64,000 nt of DNA from a candidate division WOR-3 bacterium (GTDB taxonomy: Bacteria > Hydrothermota > Tepidihabitantia > Tepidihabitantales > Tepidihabitantaceae), in assembly GCA_016867815.1 (NCBI GenBank), contig VGIR01000002.1:912-64911 (forward strand). Direction: 5' to 3'. The notes below the pieces were generated by a model, which was not told the DNA's origin, made no database searches, and saw only the letters and a list, made by a program, of their open reading frames with translations. A program made the translations under genes and the position numbers. Shown one piece after another: positions 30,969 through 40,177 of the stretch; positions within the stretch are counted from its first letter, which is position 1; every line of letters begins with the position of its first letter.

Positions 30969-32000
30969 GTGGTTCAGACGGAACGGATTTCATCTCCTCA
31001 GCGGATGCGGGGAGAGGAGGCGTTGGACGAGGAAATCCGGCCCCGTACCCTAGATGACTTCATTGGCCAGGACCGTCTGAGGGACAACCTGCGGGTTTTC
31101 ATCGAGGCGGCCAAGCTGCGTGGGGAGCCGCTCGAGCACGTCTTGCTCTTCGGTCCGCCCGGCCTGGGCAAGACGACCCTCGCCTACATCATCGCGGGTG
31201 AGATGGGCGCAGCGCTCAGGGCTAGTTCGGGACCGATACTTGAACGACCCGTGGATCTTGCCGGCATCCTCACCGGTCTTGCTGCGAAGGACGTGCTGTT
31301 CATAGACGAGATACATCGGACCAACAAGTCAGTGGAAGAATACCTGTACCCCGCAATGGAGGACTTCTCGCTCGACGTGCTTATCGACAAGGGGCCAGGC
31401 GCCAGATCCGAGAAGATAGGCTTGCACGGTTTTACCCTGGTCGGAGCCACAACCCGTTCCGGTTTGCTGACTGCGCCATTGCGCTCCCGCTTCGGCATGT
31501 CTTTCCATCTCGACTACTATCCGGCTGAGGACCTCGTTCTCATCGTCCGGCGTACTGCGCGCATCCTCGGCGTGAAGGTCGAAGACGATGCGGCCGCGGA
31601 AATCGCCCGAAGGTCTCGCGGAACTCCCAGGATCGCCAACCGGCTGCTGCGGCGCGTCCGCGATTTCGCCCAGGTGGGTGGTAAAGAGCTGGTGGATAAA
31701 GAGATAACTCGCTATGCTCTGACCCAACTCGATGTCGACACGCTCGGACTGGATGAGATGGACAAGAAGATACTCACGACAATAATCGACCGGTTCAGTG
31801 GCGGACCAGTGGGTGCGTCATCGCTGGCAGTGGCCGTAGGAGAGGATGTCGGCACTCTGGAAGAGGTGTACGAGCCATTCCTGGTCCAGCAGGGGCTCAT
31901 TCAGAGGACGCCGCGAGGACGGATTGCCCAGAAACGGGCATACGATCACTTCTGCCGCAAGGCGTCGAACCACCGCCAGAGCGAACTGGACCTCGGCTAA
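30969..32000 (+). CDS. ruvB: Holliday junction branch migration ATPase RuvB
   Basis: 343 aa with Walker A GPPGLGKTTLA and the ...IRPRTLDDFIGQ... N-terminal block. A GTG start is preferred because the ERISSP residues align with the RuvB N-terminus. Confidence 0.93.
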   Translation: MVQTERISSPQRMRGEEALDEEIRPRTLDDFIGQDRLRDNLRVFIEAAKLRGEPLEHVLLFGPPGLGKTTLAYIIAGEMGAALRASSGPILERPVDLAGILTGLAAKDVLFIDEIHRTNKSVEEYLYPAMEDFSLDVLIDKGPGARSEKIGLHGFTLVGATTRSGLLTAPLRSRFGMSFHLDYYPAEDLVLIVRRTARILGVKVEDDAAAEIARRSRGTPRIANRLLRRVRDFAQVGGKELVDKEITRYALTQLDVDTLGLDEMDKKILTTIIDRFSGGPVGASSLAVAVGEDVGTLEEVYEPFLVQQGLIQRTPRGRIAQKRAYDHFCRKASNHRQSELDLG

Positions 32001-32252
32001 GCCCGTCCGCAATACGTGGAGAGGTGCGATTCCTCGTCGCGTGGCTGTGACCGAGGGCACAGCGGGAGTGCTGAGAACAAATGGTCTGAACGCTCTTCGT
32101 GGGGTCCGCGGCGGGTATCACGGCTATCCGGGCCGATCTTCCTGTTAGTTAAGTCTCAGTATTCAAATTACTTAGATTCAGTCACCGGACTTGGCTGAAG
32201 TCTGAGCCAAGGTATCTCTTGACATGGCGGGCAGTATCTGGACCATTGTACC

Positions 32253-32900
32253 ATGAGAAAATGGGCCGTCGGCCTGTTTCTGCTCATGTCGGCCTGTTTC
32301 CTGCCCAAGGCGCAGACCACTAGCAGCATGGTCCGGACGGGAGTCCGGCCTCCCGACTTCATGTTCGGCGGGCGGCAGGACAGCACGGGCACGCCGCGCG
32401 GGCGCTATCTTGGTCGATTCAAGGTCACTTACTATTGGGCGGTTGAGGAGGCGGAGTATCCTACCAGCCGGTCTTCGCCTCTCTACCTGGCCGATGGCCA
32501 GCTTCTCGGCCGATTCTCCTCGGCCTTTGTCAGGGCTTTCCGGCTCGAGGCCGCGGCTCAATTGAGAGACGGGCGGCGCATCAGCTACCTCAAGCGGGCG
32601 AATCGGGCCAAAGTCGTGGACCGATTCCTGGGGAGTGGCGGGCACAAGCTTACCGAACTTAAGTCCATCGCGGTAGATCCCCGTTTGATACCCTTGGGTT
32701 CGGTAGTCTACATCCCGCAAGCCGAAAACGTCTCGATCGACGACCATACCCTTGGCGGCGTCTTCTACGCCCAAGACGTAGGCAGTGCCATAAGGGGCAA
32801 GCACATAGACATCTTTGTCGGCCGCAAACAGAACATGGACGCCTTCGCGTCAGCGGGAATGGGGAGTGCGAGTGGCGTCGACGTCTACATCCTCGAATAG
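32253..32900 (+). CDS. 3D-domain protein (MltA-like peptidoglycan lytic transglycosylase family)
   Basis: 215 aa with a signal peptide and the motifs FKVTYYW...IAVDPRLIPLGSVVYIP...DHTLGGVFYAQDVGSAIRGKHIDIF.G, which is the 3D domain pattern. Confidence 0.75.
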   Translation: MRKWAVGLFLLMSACFLPKAQTTSSMVRTGVRPPDFMFGGRQDSTGTPRGRYLGRFKVTYYWAVEEAEYPTSRSSPLYLADGQLLGRFSSAFVRAFRLEAAAQLRDGRRISYLKRANRAKVVDRFLGSGGHKLTELKSIAVDPRLIPLGSVVYIPQAENVSIDDHTLGGVFYAQDVGSAIRGKHIDIFVGRKQNMDAFASAGMGSASGVDVYILE

Positions 32901-33707
32901 CCGGGTCGGGTCCGATCTGCCGACTGCCTCTACCAGGGCTCGGTTCAGCTTTTCGCGCCACCACTCCCGATAGAGTCCCGCCAGGGTGATGACCCGAACC
33001 TGGCGCCGGTGCATCCACTCCAGCAAGGCTCCGAAGTCATCAACCGACCATTCGGTGAAGACCCGGGGTGTCGGGACGATGCGATGGAGAAGGATGACCG
33101 TCGTCCGGTTCCGGCGGACATGGCCGATTATCTCCGGCAGCCGGGTCTCAATCCTCAGCTCCACCTCCGGTATCCGGTACGGCTCCACCCAGAGGTTCGG
33201 GGTACCCGGGCCGACCTTGCGAGCCAGTTTGTACCCGGCGCGGCGGACCAGGTTGCGGATCCGGCCGTTCATGTCGCCATAGGGATAGACGAACGTGATG
33301 ACTTCAGTGCCGAAGAGCGACTCAAGCTGGACCTTTGAGTCGGCGATCTCGTGCCAGGCGTGCTCAGTCTCCAGCTGACTGAGCCAGGGATGGGTCAGGG
33401 TGTGGCTGGCGATCTCGATGCCGCTGGAGTCCATCATCTCCCTGACCTCTTGTTCGTTCAGGAAGCGGTCGGAAGGACTGTAGGATGGCTTTCCTTCGCC
33501 AATGCAGCCGACGATCAGAGCGAGAGTCATGGTCATCCGGTAGCGCTTGAGCAAGGGGTAGACGTTCTCGTACACGCTGTGGTAGCCATCATCGACCGAC
33601 AGAACTACCGTGCGGTCTGAAAGGTCAATGGTATCCAGCCCCGGCGGGACCGCTGGAGCCGGCCGTGTCAGCTGTGCAGGCAGCAGGATGAGAAGAAGGT
33701 GGAGCAC
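32850..33707 (-). CDS. Polysaccharide deacetylase (NodB-homology) family protein
   Basis: 285 aa reading ...VVLSVDDGYHSVYENVYPLLKRY...SHTLTHPWLSQL... Confidence 0.8.
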   Translation of the reverse strand: MLHLLLILLPAQLTRPAPAVPPGLDTIDLSDRTVVLSVDDGYHSVYENVYPLLKRYRMTMTLALIVGCIGEGKPSYSPSDRFLNEQEVREMMDSSGIEIASHTLTHPWLSQLETEHAWHEIADSKVQLESLFGTEVITFVYPYGDMNGRIRNLVRRAGYKLARKVGPGTPNLWVEPYRIPEVELRIETRLPEIIGHVRRNRTTVILLHRIVPTPRVFTEWSVDDFGALLEWMHRRQVRVITLAGLYREWWREKLNRALVEAVGRSDPTRLFEDVDVDATRTPHSR

Positions 33708-33823
33708 GGGGCAGAGATGATAGGTGAAGCTACCTTTGTTGACAAGAGGTGCGGCTTTGGCAGACTGCTACAAGACAGACGATGAACGATGAGCGCTGCA
33801 CGATGAACGAAGGAAGATAACGA

Positions 33824-35464
33824 ATGAGGATTGGCCTCGCCCAGCTCAACCCGGTTGTCGGTGACTTGCCCGGAAACGTCCGGCGCGTGCAGCAGGCGCT
33901 GGAACACGCCAGCGAATCGAAGCCCGACCTGGTTGTTTTCTCTGAACTGATGCTGACCGGCTACCCGCCGCGGGACCTGTTGGCCCGCAGCTGGTTCATT
34001 GACCGTGTGGAGGCCGGTCTGGCCGACATCGCGCGGATTTCGGAACGATTCCCCGATATCGGCATCATCATCGGCGCTCCGGTACGTTCGTCGGGCGGGC
34101 TGGGAAAGGGTCTGCACAACGCCGCGATACTCTTTGTGGGAGGCAGGGAGCTGTCCCGGCAGGCCAAGTCTCTGCTTCCAACTTACGACGTCTTTGATGA
34201 GACGCGCTACTTCGCACCGGCTGAGGGAGTGCGGCTCGCAGAGTTCCGGGGTGAGAGAATCGGCATGTCCATCTGCGAAGACGCGTGGAACTCACCGGAG
34301 ATGTGGGAGAGGGCGGAGTATCAGCGAGACCCGGTAGCCGAACTCGCTTCGGCCGGTGCGACGCTGATGGTCAACATCTCGGCTTCGCCGTTCGCAGTCG
34401 GCAAGGAGGCTGTACGAAAGCGCCTGATTGCCGGCCACGCTGCGCGGCACCATGTGCCGTTCGTCTTCGTGAACCAGGTTGGCGGGAACGACGAACTGGT
34501 CTTTGACGGCCGCAGCATGGCGTTTGACCGGCAGGGCCGGCCCCAATTGGTGATGGCGTCATTCCAGGAGGGGCTGGCATTGGTCGAGGCGGGTGACGAC
34601 GGGAGCGACACCAACTACCGGGAACTGGAGTCTGTCGAGTCAATCCATGACGCACTTGTGCTCGGTCTACGCGACTACGTGCGGAAATGCGGGTTCACGA
34701 AGGTGGTGCTGGGGCTTTCCGGCGGCATCGACTCCGCGGTCGTCTGCTGCCTGGCTGCTTCGGCCATCGGGCCGGAGAACGTGCTGGGTATCACCATGCC
34801 GTCCGAGTATTCGTCACGCGGCAGTGTCGAGGACTCGCGCCGGCTGGCGGATAATCTCGGGATCGAGTTCCGCGAGGTCGGCATAACCGGGGCATATCAC
34901 GCCTACCTGGCGCTGCTTGAGCACGAGTTCACGGGCCGGAAGCCAGACGCGACGGAGGAGAACATCCAGGCGCGTGTCCGGGGCAACATCCTGATGGCGG
35001 TCTCCAACAAACTCGGGCATCTGGTGCTGGCGACGGGCAACAAGAGCGAGCTGGCGGTCGGGTATTGCACGTTGTACGGCGACATGAGCGGCGGTCTCTG
35101 CGTGCTGGCAGACGTGCCAAAGACCACTGTCTACTCTCTTGCGGACCACATCAATCGCCGGGGCGAGGTGATTCCGGCGGCTGTCATCCGGAAACCGCCG
35201 TCGGCCGAGCTAAGGCCCGACCAGACCGACCAGGACACCCTGCCGCCGTACGATGTGCTCGATGCTGTCATCGCCGGCTATGTGGACGAGGGCCTATCCG
35301 CGGACCAGATCGTGGCGTCCGGACTGGAGCGTAAGACCGTTGAGTGGGTCATCGGCGCCGTGAACCGGAATGAGTACAAGCGACGCCAGGCCGCACCAGG
35401 ACTGAAGGTGACCAGCCGGGCGTTCGGGACCGGCTGGCGCATGCCGATTGCAGCGCGGTACTGA
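33824..35464 (+). CDS. nadE: Glutamine-dependent NAD+ synthetase (nitrilase-like domain + NadE domain)
   Basis: 546 aa. The N-terminal CN-hydrolase domain reads MRIGLAQLNPVVGDL...FSELMLTGYPP and the C-terminal NAD synthetase domain carries the GLSGGIDSAVV PP-loop. Confidence 0.9.
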   Translation: MRIGLAQLNPVVGDLPGNVRRVQQALEHASESKPDLVVFSELMLTGYPPRDLLARSWFIDRVEAGLADIARISERFPDIGIIIGAPVRSSGGLGKGLHNAAILFVGGRELSRQAKSLLPTYDVFDETRYFAPAEGVRLAEFRGERIGMSICEDAWNSPEMWERAEYQRDPVAELASAGATLMVNISASPFAVGKEAVRKRLIAGHAARHHVPFVFVNQVGGNDELVFDGRSMAFDRQGRPQLVMASFQEGLALVEAGDDGSDTNYRELESVESIHDALVLGLRDYVRKCGFTKVVLGLSGGIDSAVVCCLAASAIGPENVLGITMPSEYSSRGSVEDSRRLADNLGIEFREVGITGAYHAYLALLEHEFTGRKPDATEENIQARVRGNILMAVSNKLGHLVLATGNKSELAVGYCTLYGDMSGGLCVLADVPKTTVYSLADHINRRGEVIPAAVIRKPPSAELRPDQTDQDTLPPYDVLDAVIAGYVDEGLSADQIVASGLERKTVEWVIGAVNRNEYKRRQAAPGLKVTSRAFGTGWRMPIAARY

Positions 35465-35473
35465 AGAGAGGGA

Positions 35474-37534
35474 CTAGGGACCTGGGACCGGGGGTGATGA
35501 ATCCGGCGCCAGGTGGTCGCAGAGTTCCTTGACTGCCTGGAGGTCGGGCCGCAGGCGGAGCGCCCGTTCAGCCAGGACGCGGGCCGCGACCGATTCGCCT
35601 TTCGCAGCAGTGAGTACTGCCAGGTTGTACAAGGTCGGCACGTACGTTGAGTCCAGCCGCAGGGCTGACCGGTAGATCCCTTCCGCCCGGTCGGAGTCGC
35701 CGGCGGCGACCAGCAGGCTGCCCAGCTGGTTGAAGTACCGGGCAGTCGGATAGTCGTCGACCACGGCCTGGACCATTGCTGCGGCGCTATCGTACCGCCC
35801 GCGCAGCTTCAGCCGCTCGGCGAGCTGCAGCCGCGCCGATGGCAGCGTGCTGTCCAGCGCCAGGGAGCGGTGCAGTTCTGCTTCTGCCTCTCCCGCTCGT
35901 CCGACTGCAACGAGCGCATTGGAGCGGTTGAGGTGGAGCAGGGCCGAGCCGGGATGGACGGAGATGGCGCGGTCGAAGGTAGCCAGGGCGCTCTCGGCCT
36001 GACCGGCGGCGACAAATGCCAGTCCCAGTACGTTGACGGCGAGTTCCGAGTTAGGCTCCAGTTCGTTGGCAAGGCGCAGATTGTGAATTGCCTGGCGGTG
36101 GTCACCCTTCTCGCTGAGCAGCATCCCGGCGTGTATGTAGGCATGGACGAAACCCTGGTCGAGCCGGAGCGCGTGGTTGTACAGCGCGAGCGCGGAATCC
36201 GGCCGGAGCCCGGCAATCGCGTCACCAAGGTTCGCGTAGGCGCTGGGCGCGTCCGGCGCTTCGCGGACCATCGCCGTGAAGAGCGTCTCGTTGCTTCTCC
36301 AGATCCGGGTGCGTGCCATCGCATCGGCGCCGAGCACCACGATAACCGCGGCGAGCGCGAAGCCGACCACTTTCCGCGTCTTGACCCGGAAAGTGAGCAG
36401 GCGCGAGAGTGCAATCACCAGCACCATCACCATGCCGGCCGAGGGCAGGCAGAGCAGCCGTTCCGCGGCCAGCGGGCCGATGGAAGCGATGTTGGAGACC
36501 GGCAGCAGGAAGGCCAGGGTCCAGGCGTAGCCCCAGAGCGTGGCCGTGAACCGCCGCTTCAGCGCGAGGAGCGGAACCGAGACGATGAAGAGCAGGGCGA
36601 AGAGCAGATGCTGGGTCGGGACGAGGAACGCGTCACTGGCCGGGTACTTGGCGCGGTGCTCGAACGGCCAGAAGAACATCCTGATGTAGAGCCCCAGGGT
36701 GTTGGCGACGGCCGCGAGCCTGCCCCAGATTCCGACTCCGCGCTCGACCGGGATGGGCACCGGAACCGCGACGGCCCGCAGCAGCAGGTAGCCGGCAAGA
36801 ATCGCCACCGCCGCCAGGGTCAGCAGCCAGTAGCGCCGGTCGAACCTGACGCCCAACAGGAACGGGGCAAGCGCGATGAGCAGCGGGAAGAGCACTGCCG
36901 TTTCCTTGCTCAGCAGGGCAAGGCCGAATGCAGGCAGAACCACAAACCACCACCAGCGGTTGTGCTTGCGGAAGGACCGAAGCAGGGAGAAGGAGGCTAC
37001 CCCCACGAACAGGGTCAGCATGATGTCGGTTCGTCCCGATACGAACGCGACTGACTCAACGTGCGACGGATGGGCGGCAAAGAGCATGCCGCCGATCAGT
37101 GCCCAGACTCCCGAATGAAGCAACTCCCACAGCACCAGGGTCACCGCGGCGGCAGCCAGTGCGTAGAGCAGCAGGTTGACGACATGGAACCAGTGCGCGT
37201 TGTTGCGGGACAGGGCCTGGTCCAGCCAGAAGCTCAGGGTTACCAGCGGCCGGTAGTAGGCGGCGCCCGACCCGGCAGCCGGCTCCGGACTGCCGGCCCA
37301 GAATCCGCGCGAGAAGATGTCAGCCGGCCGGGAATGAGCCAGCAGCGAGTTGCCGGCGATAAGCGAGTTATCGTCCCAAACGAAGCCGAACCGCGCAGCC
37401 GGCAGATAGAGAGCAAGCGAAACGAAGGCGACCGCGGCCAACACGACGGCCATGCCGCCCCGGGTGCGCAGCTTCTCCTGGAGGGATTTGCCGTCCATCG
37501 CCCAAAGTCTTGCGGGAAACAGACGGTATGTCAA
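35474..37534 (-). CDS. TMTC-like membrane protein: N-terminal polytopic (PMT/GT-C-like) domain + C-terminal TPR repeats
   Basis: 686 aa with about 11 predicted TM helices followed by multiple TPR-like 34-aa repeats (…AYIHAGMLLSEKGDHRQAIHNLRLANELEPN…). Confidence 0.7.
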   Translation of the reverse strand: MTYRLFPARLWAMDGKSLQEKLRTRGGMAVVLAAVAFVSLALYLPAARFGFVWDDNSLIAGNSLLAHSRPADIFSRGFWAGSPEPAAGSGAAYYRPLVTLSFWLDQALSRNNAHWFHVVNLLLYALAAAAVTLVLWELLHSGVWALIGGMLFAAHPSHVESVAFVSGRTDIMLTLFVGVASFSLLRSFRKHNRWWWFVVLPAFGLALLSKETAVLFPLLIALAPFLLGVRFDRRYWLLTLAAVAILAGYLLLRAVAVPVPIPVERGVGIWGRLAAVANTLGLYIRMFFWPFEHRAKYPASDAFLVPTQHLLFALLFIVSVPLLALKRRFTATLWGYAWTLAFLLPVSNIASIGPLAAERLLCLPSAGMVMVLVIALSRLLTFRVKTRKVVGFALAAVIVVLGADAMARTRIWRSNETLFTAMVREAPDAPSAYANLGDAIAGLRPDSALALYNHALRLDQGFVHAYIHAGMLLSEKGDHRQAIHNLRLANELEPNSELAVNVLGLAFVAAGQAESALATFDRAISVHPGSALLHLNRSNALVAVGRAGEAEAELHRSLALDSTLPSARLQLAERLKLRGRYDSAAAMVQAVVDDYPTARYFNQLGSLLVAAGDSDRAEGIYRSALRLDSTYVPTLYNLAVLTAAKGESVAARVLAERALRLRPDLQAVKELCDHLAPDSSPPVPGP

Positions 37535-37558
37535 GCCAGCCGAGCGACGAGGGAAGGA

Positions 37559-38125
37559 CTACCGGCCGGGCGGTTCGTTCCACGACGCGATGTCGGGGAG
37601 CGGTTTGCGGGGGCGCTCATTGGGGGAGACGTCCGGGGCCGGATAGCCGAGCGCGATGAGCGCCACCGGCTTGTACCCCTTGCCGCGCAGACCCATGTGC
37701 TTGAGCAGCGCCCGGCCGTCATACCAGCCTATCCAGCACGTGCCCAGTCCCTGCTCGGCCGCGGCCAGCACGAAGTGCTCGCCGCCGATGCCGACGTCCA
37801 CCAACTGATACTGCGTGCCCTGAACCGCGCCGGCCACCCTGTTGACCAGCAGGTTCTCCTTCATGAGCAGGGCGACGAGGACCGGGGCGGCGGCGAACTT
37901 CTTCGACGCCGCATATGCGCCCACAAACACGGCGTCAGCCAGCTTCGCCTTCTTCTCCGGGTCGTCGAAGACGATGAACCGCCAAGGCTGCATGTTGTCC
38001 GCTGAGGGCGCGCGCCGCGCCGCCTCAAGGCAGAGTTCAAGTTTCTCGCGTTCCACCGGCCGGTCGGCAAACCGGCGCACCGACCGCCGGGTCCAGCAGA
38101 GCTTCAGGAAATGCAGATCACCCAC
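37559..38125 (-). CDS. Nitroreductase family protein
   Basis: 188 aa reading ...RRSVRRFADRPVEREKLELCLEAARRAPSADNMQPWRFIVF... Confidence 0.85.
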   Translation of the reverse strand: MGDLHFLKLCWTRRSVRRFADRPVEREKLELCLEAARRAPSADNMQPWRFIVFDDPEKKAKLADAVFVGAYAASKKFAAAPVLVALLMKENLLVNRVAGAVQGTQYQLVDVGIGGEHFVLAAAEQGLGTCWIGWYDGRALLKHMGLRGKGYKPVALIALGYPAPDVSPNERPRKPLPDIASWNEPPGR

Positions 38126-38129
38126 TGTT

Positions 38130-38235
38130 AGACCTCATTTCAGATTGCAGACTTCAGGTATCAAATTGCAGATTGAGGAAGCGGGATTCCGCCCGACATT
38201 CTGCACTCTGCATTCTGCAATCTGCATTTTGACTT
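38130..38235. repeat. Intergenic short tandem repeats of a TCTGCA / ATCTGCA motif, with partial inverted symmetry
   Basis: The sequence reads ...cagattgcagacttcaggtatcaaattgcagattgagg...ttctgcactctgcattctgcaatctgcatttt. The same heptamer family recurs at 16076-16105. Confidence 0.6.
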
Positions 38236-38242
38236 CGCCGAA

Positions 38243-38989
38243 TCAGCTAATCAGCCTCGGCAGCAACTCTCCTGCCTTCTCCTTGAAATGTACGTCCACA
38301 ATCGAACCCAACCCGGTATCGCGCGGATTCACGTCAACGAGCATGGCCGCGGCCTCGTGCGCGAGCAGCGCCCACTGCAGGATATACCCGAACGACGCCT
38401 CCGTGCCGATGACGAAGCAAAGGTCAATCCGGCCCTCAAGGAAATAGTGGTGGATTTGCTCGACCGGCTGCCGCGGCAGGTTCTCGCCGAACCAGACAAT
38501 GTCCGGCCGCAAGACATTGCCGCACATACACAATGGCGGGATTTCCGAAAGCGGTGTTTCGCGGTTCTCGAGAACGGTGCCGTCGCGCTCGCACCGCGTG
38601 TGCCAGAGCGAGCCGTGGATGCGCACCACTTCCTTCGAACCGGCCTGCTCGTGCAGGTCATCAACGTTCTGGGTCACGACGAACACCCGCCTGCCCGGCT
38701 TCTCCAGCGCAGCCAGTGCCAGGTGTCCCGGGTTCGGCCTCGCCTGCGCCATGTTGCCCCGGCGCTCATCATACCACTTCCAGACCTTCACCGGGTCGCG
38801 CTTGAAAGCCTCGCGGGTCGCGTAGTCGAGCGGGTTGAACTCCCTCCATAGTCCCCGGTCGTCGCGGAACGTCGGGACGCCGGACTCGGCCGAAATGCCC
38901 GCGCCGGAGATGACCATGATGTTTTTCGCCCTGGCCACCCGCTCGCGCACCAGCGCGATGTCCTCAGTCGTGGTCGTTTCGGTCTTCAT
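38243..38989 (-). CDS. cobB: NAD-dependent protein deacylase (sirtuin, CobB/Sir2 family)
   Basis: 248 aa with ISGAGISAESGVPTFRD..., catalytic His, and zinc-ribbon cysteines. Confidence 0.9.
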   Translation of the reverse strand: MKTETTTTEDIALVRERVARAKNIMVISGAGISAESGVPTFRDDRGLWREFNPLDYATREAFKRDPVKVWKWYDERRGNMAQARPNPGHLALAALEKPGRRVFVVTQNVDDLHEQAGSKEVVRIHGSLWHTRCERDGTVLENRETPLSEIPPLCMCGNVLRPDIVWFGENLPRQPVEQIHHYFLEGRIDLCFVIGTEASFGYILQWALLAHEAAAMLVDVNPRDTGLGSIVDVHFKEKAGELLPRLIS

Positions 38990-39280
38990 TGCCGCGTGAT
39001 TCTACCGGCTCGCTCAGCCCAGTCAAACGACAGAAGCGAAACGGAAGCCGGAAGCCGCGGGCCTCTCAGAAGAAACCCCTCCATCAACGTCGAGGCGACG
39101 GCAGGACCGTCGTCTAGAATGCCTATCGAGGCACTGGAATCCTTGAATCCTCGATTCCTGGAATCCTTCCGCAGTGAACGCTGAACGTTGGACGATGGAC
39201 GAGCTGACGTTGTACGATGTCGCGTTGGGCGGAGAAAGACTCTTGCCGTCCCCGGAATTACTGAACTAAATGATGTTTGG

Positions 39281-40171
39281 CTAGAGCCCAGGCGGTTTGT
39301 CGCCGAACTGCCATCCGTCCGCGAGGAGCCGTTTCACTGCCGGAAAGTGGCTCTTTTCCGATATCGACTTGCTGGTGATTGGCGGCATGTTGTCTTTGGC
39401 AATTGTGCGGGCGACCAGCAGGCCAACAACAGGACCTGCTTGGATGGCGATGACTCCTAGCCATGCATTGACGAAGAACGCTGCAACACCAAACACGATG
39501 CCGATGGCCAAGCCGATGTATCCCGCCTTGTTGACGGAGTCATAGCCATGAACGTGCTCCTTCTGGCAGGCGGGACACCGTGGTACTGCGACGGTGGACT
39601 TCCTCCATTGGTAGTGCGTCCCGTATTGCGTTCCCCTATAGATGGGCGTCTTGCTCGTTACCTTATGCATTGACACTGGGACGGTCGCAGCAGCGTCAGG
39701 CGGGTGCTGCCCGCAGAACCAGCAGCTTCTGGTCTCGATCTCGGCTCGCGCGTCATCGAGCCACTCTTGATCTTGCGGGTTGTCACGCATCGCGACAGCC
39801 TTCTCCAAAAACGGAATCGCCTCTTCTGGTTTTCCCAACTGAACGAGCGTACTCCCCAGCCAATGAAAGTCTATGGCTGTGGCTCGCAGCTCTACGGCGG
39901 CGCGGAGATACAGAAGCGAGTGTTCTTTCTGTCCGTCCCGGGACAAGCTCTGACCGATCTTGGCAAGCCGCGCCGCGACTTCTGCGACACCCTCGTGCGC
40001 AAGAACAGTCTCGGCGCGGTTGAGTGCAGTGATGGTCTCCGGATGTGACTTGTTCTCGACCAGTAGGCGCATGTGCGCCCGCCTAATGTCGGCTCGCGTT
40101 GGCCGCAAGGGCAGTCCCAAAGCCTCCTCGTAGCGTTCGTCGGCGAGCAACAGAGCAACAGCGGCTGACAC
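39281..40171 (-). CDS. Membrane-anchored J-domain-like protein (HPE variant) with TPR repeats and a CxxC...CxxC zinc ribbon; putative co-chaperone of the adjacent Hsp70
   Basis: 296 aa. The N-terminus ...LGLPLRPTRADIRRAHMRLLVENKSHPE aligns with J-domain helix II/III, but HPD is replaced by HPE. TPR-like helices follow (LYLRAAVELR...LGKPEEAIPFLEKAV). It contains CWFC...CPAC and two C-terminal TM helices (IGLAIGIVFGVAAFFVNAWLGVIAI). It lies 7 nt downstream of the Hsp70 gene. Confidence 0.6.
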   Translation of the reverse strand: MSAAVALLLADERYEEALGLPLRPTRADIRRAHMRLLVENKSHPETITALNRAETVLAHEGVAEVAARLAKIGQSLSRDGQKEHSLLYLRAAVELRATAIDFHWLGSTLVQLGKPEEAIPFLEKAVAMRDNPQDQEWLDDARAEIETRSCWFCGQHPPDAAATVPVSMHKVTSKTPIYRGTQYGTHYQWRKSTVAVPRCPACQKEHVHGYDSVNKAGYIGLAIGIVFGVAAFFVNAWLGVIAIQAGPVVGLLVARTIAKDNMPPITSKSISEKSHFPAVKRLLADGWQFGDKPPGL

Positions 40172-40177
40172 GGGAGC

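Noticed and set aside
35870-37054. 394-aa plus-strand ORF
   Set aside because: It is antisense to the TMTC-like TPR membrane protein gene. The product is highly charged and repetitive (RE/GQ-rich) with no TM or domain pattern.
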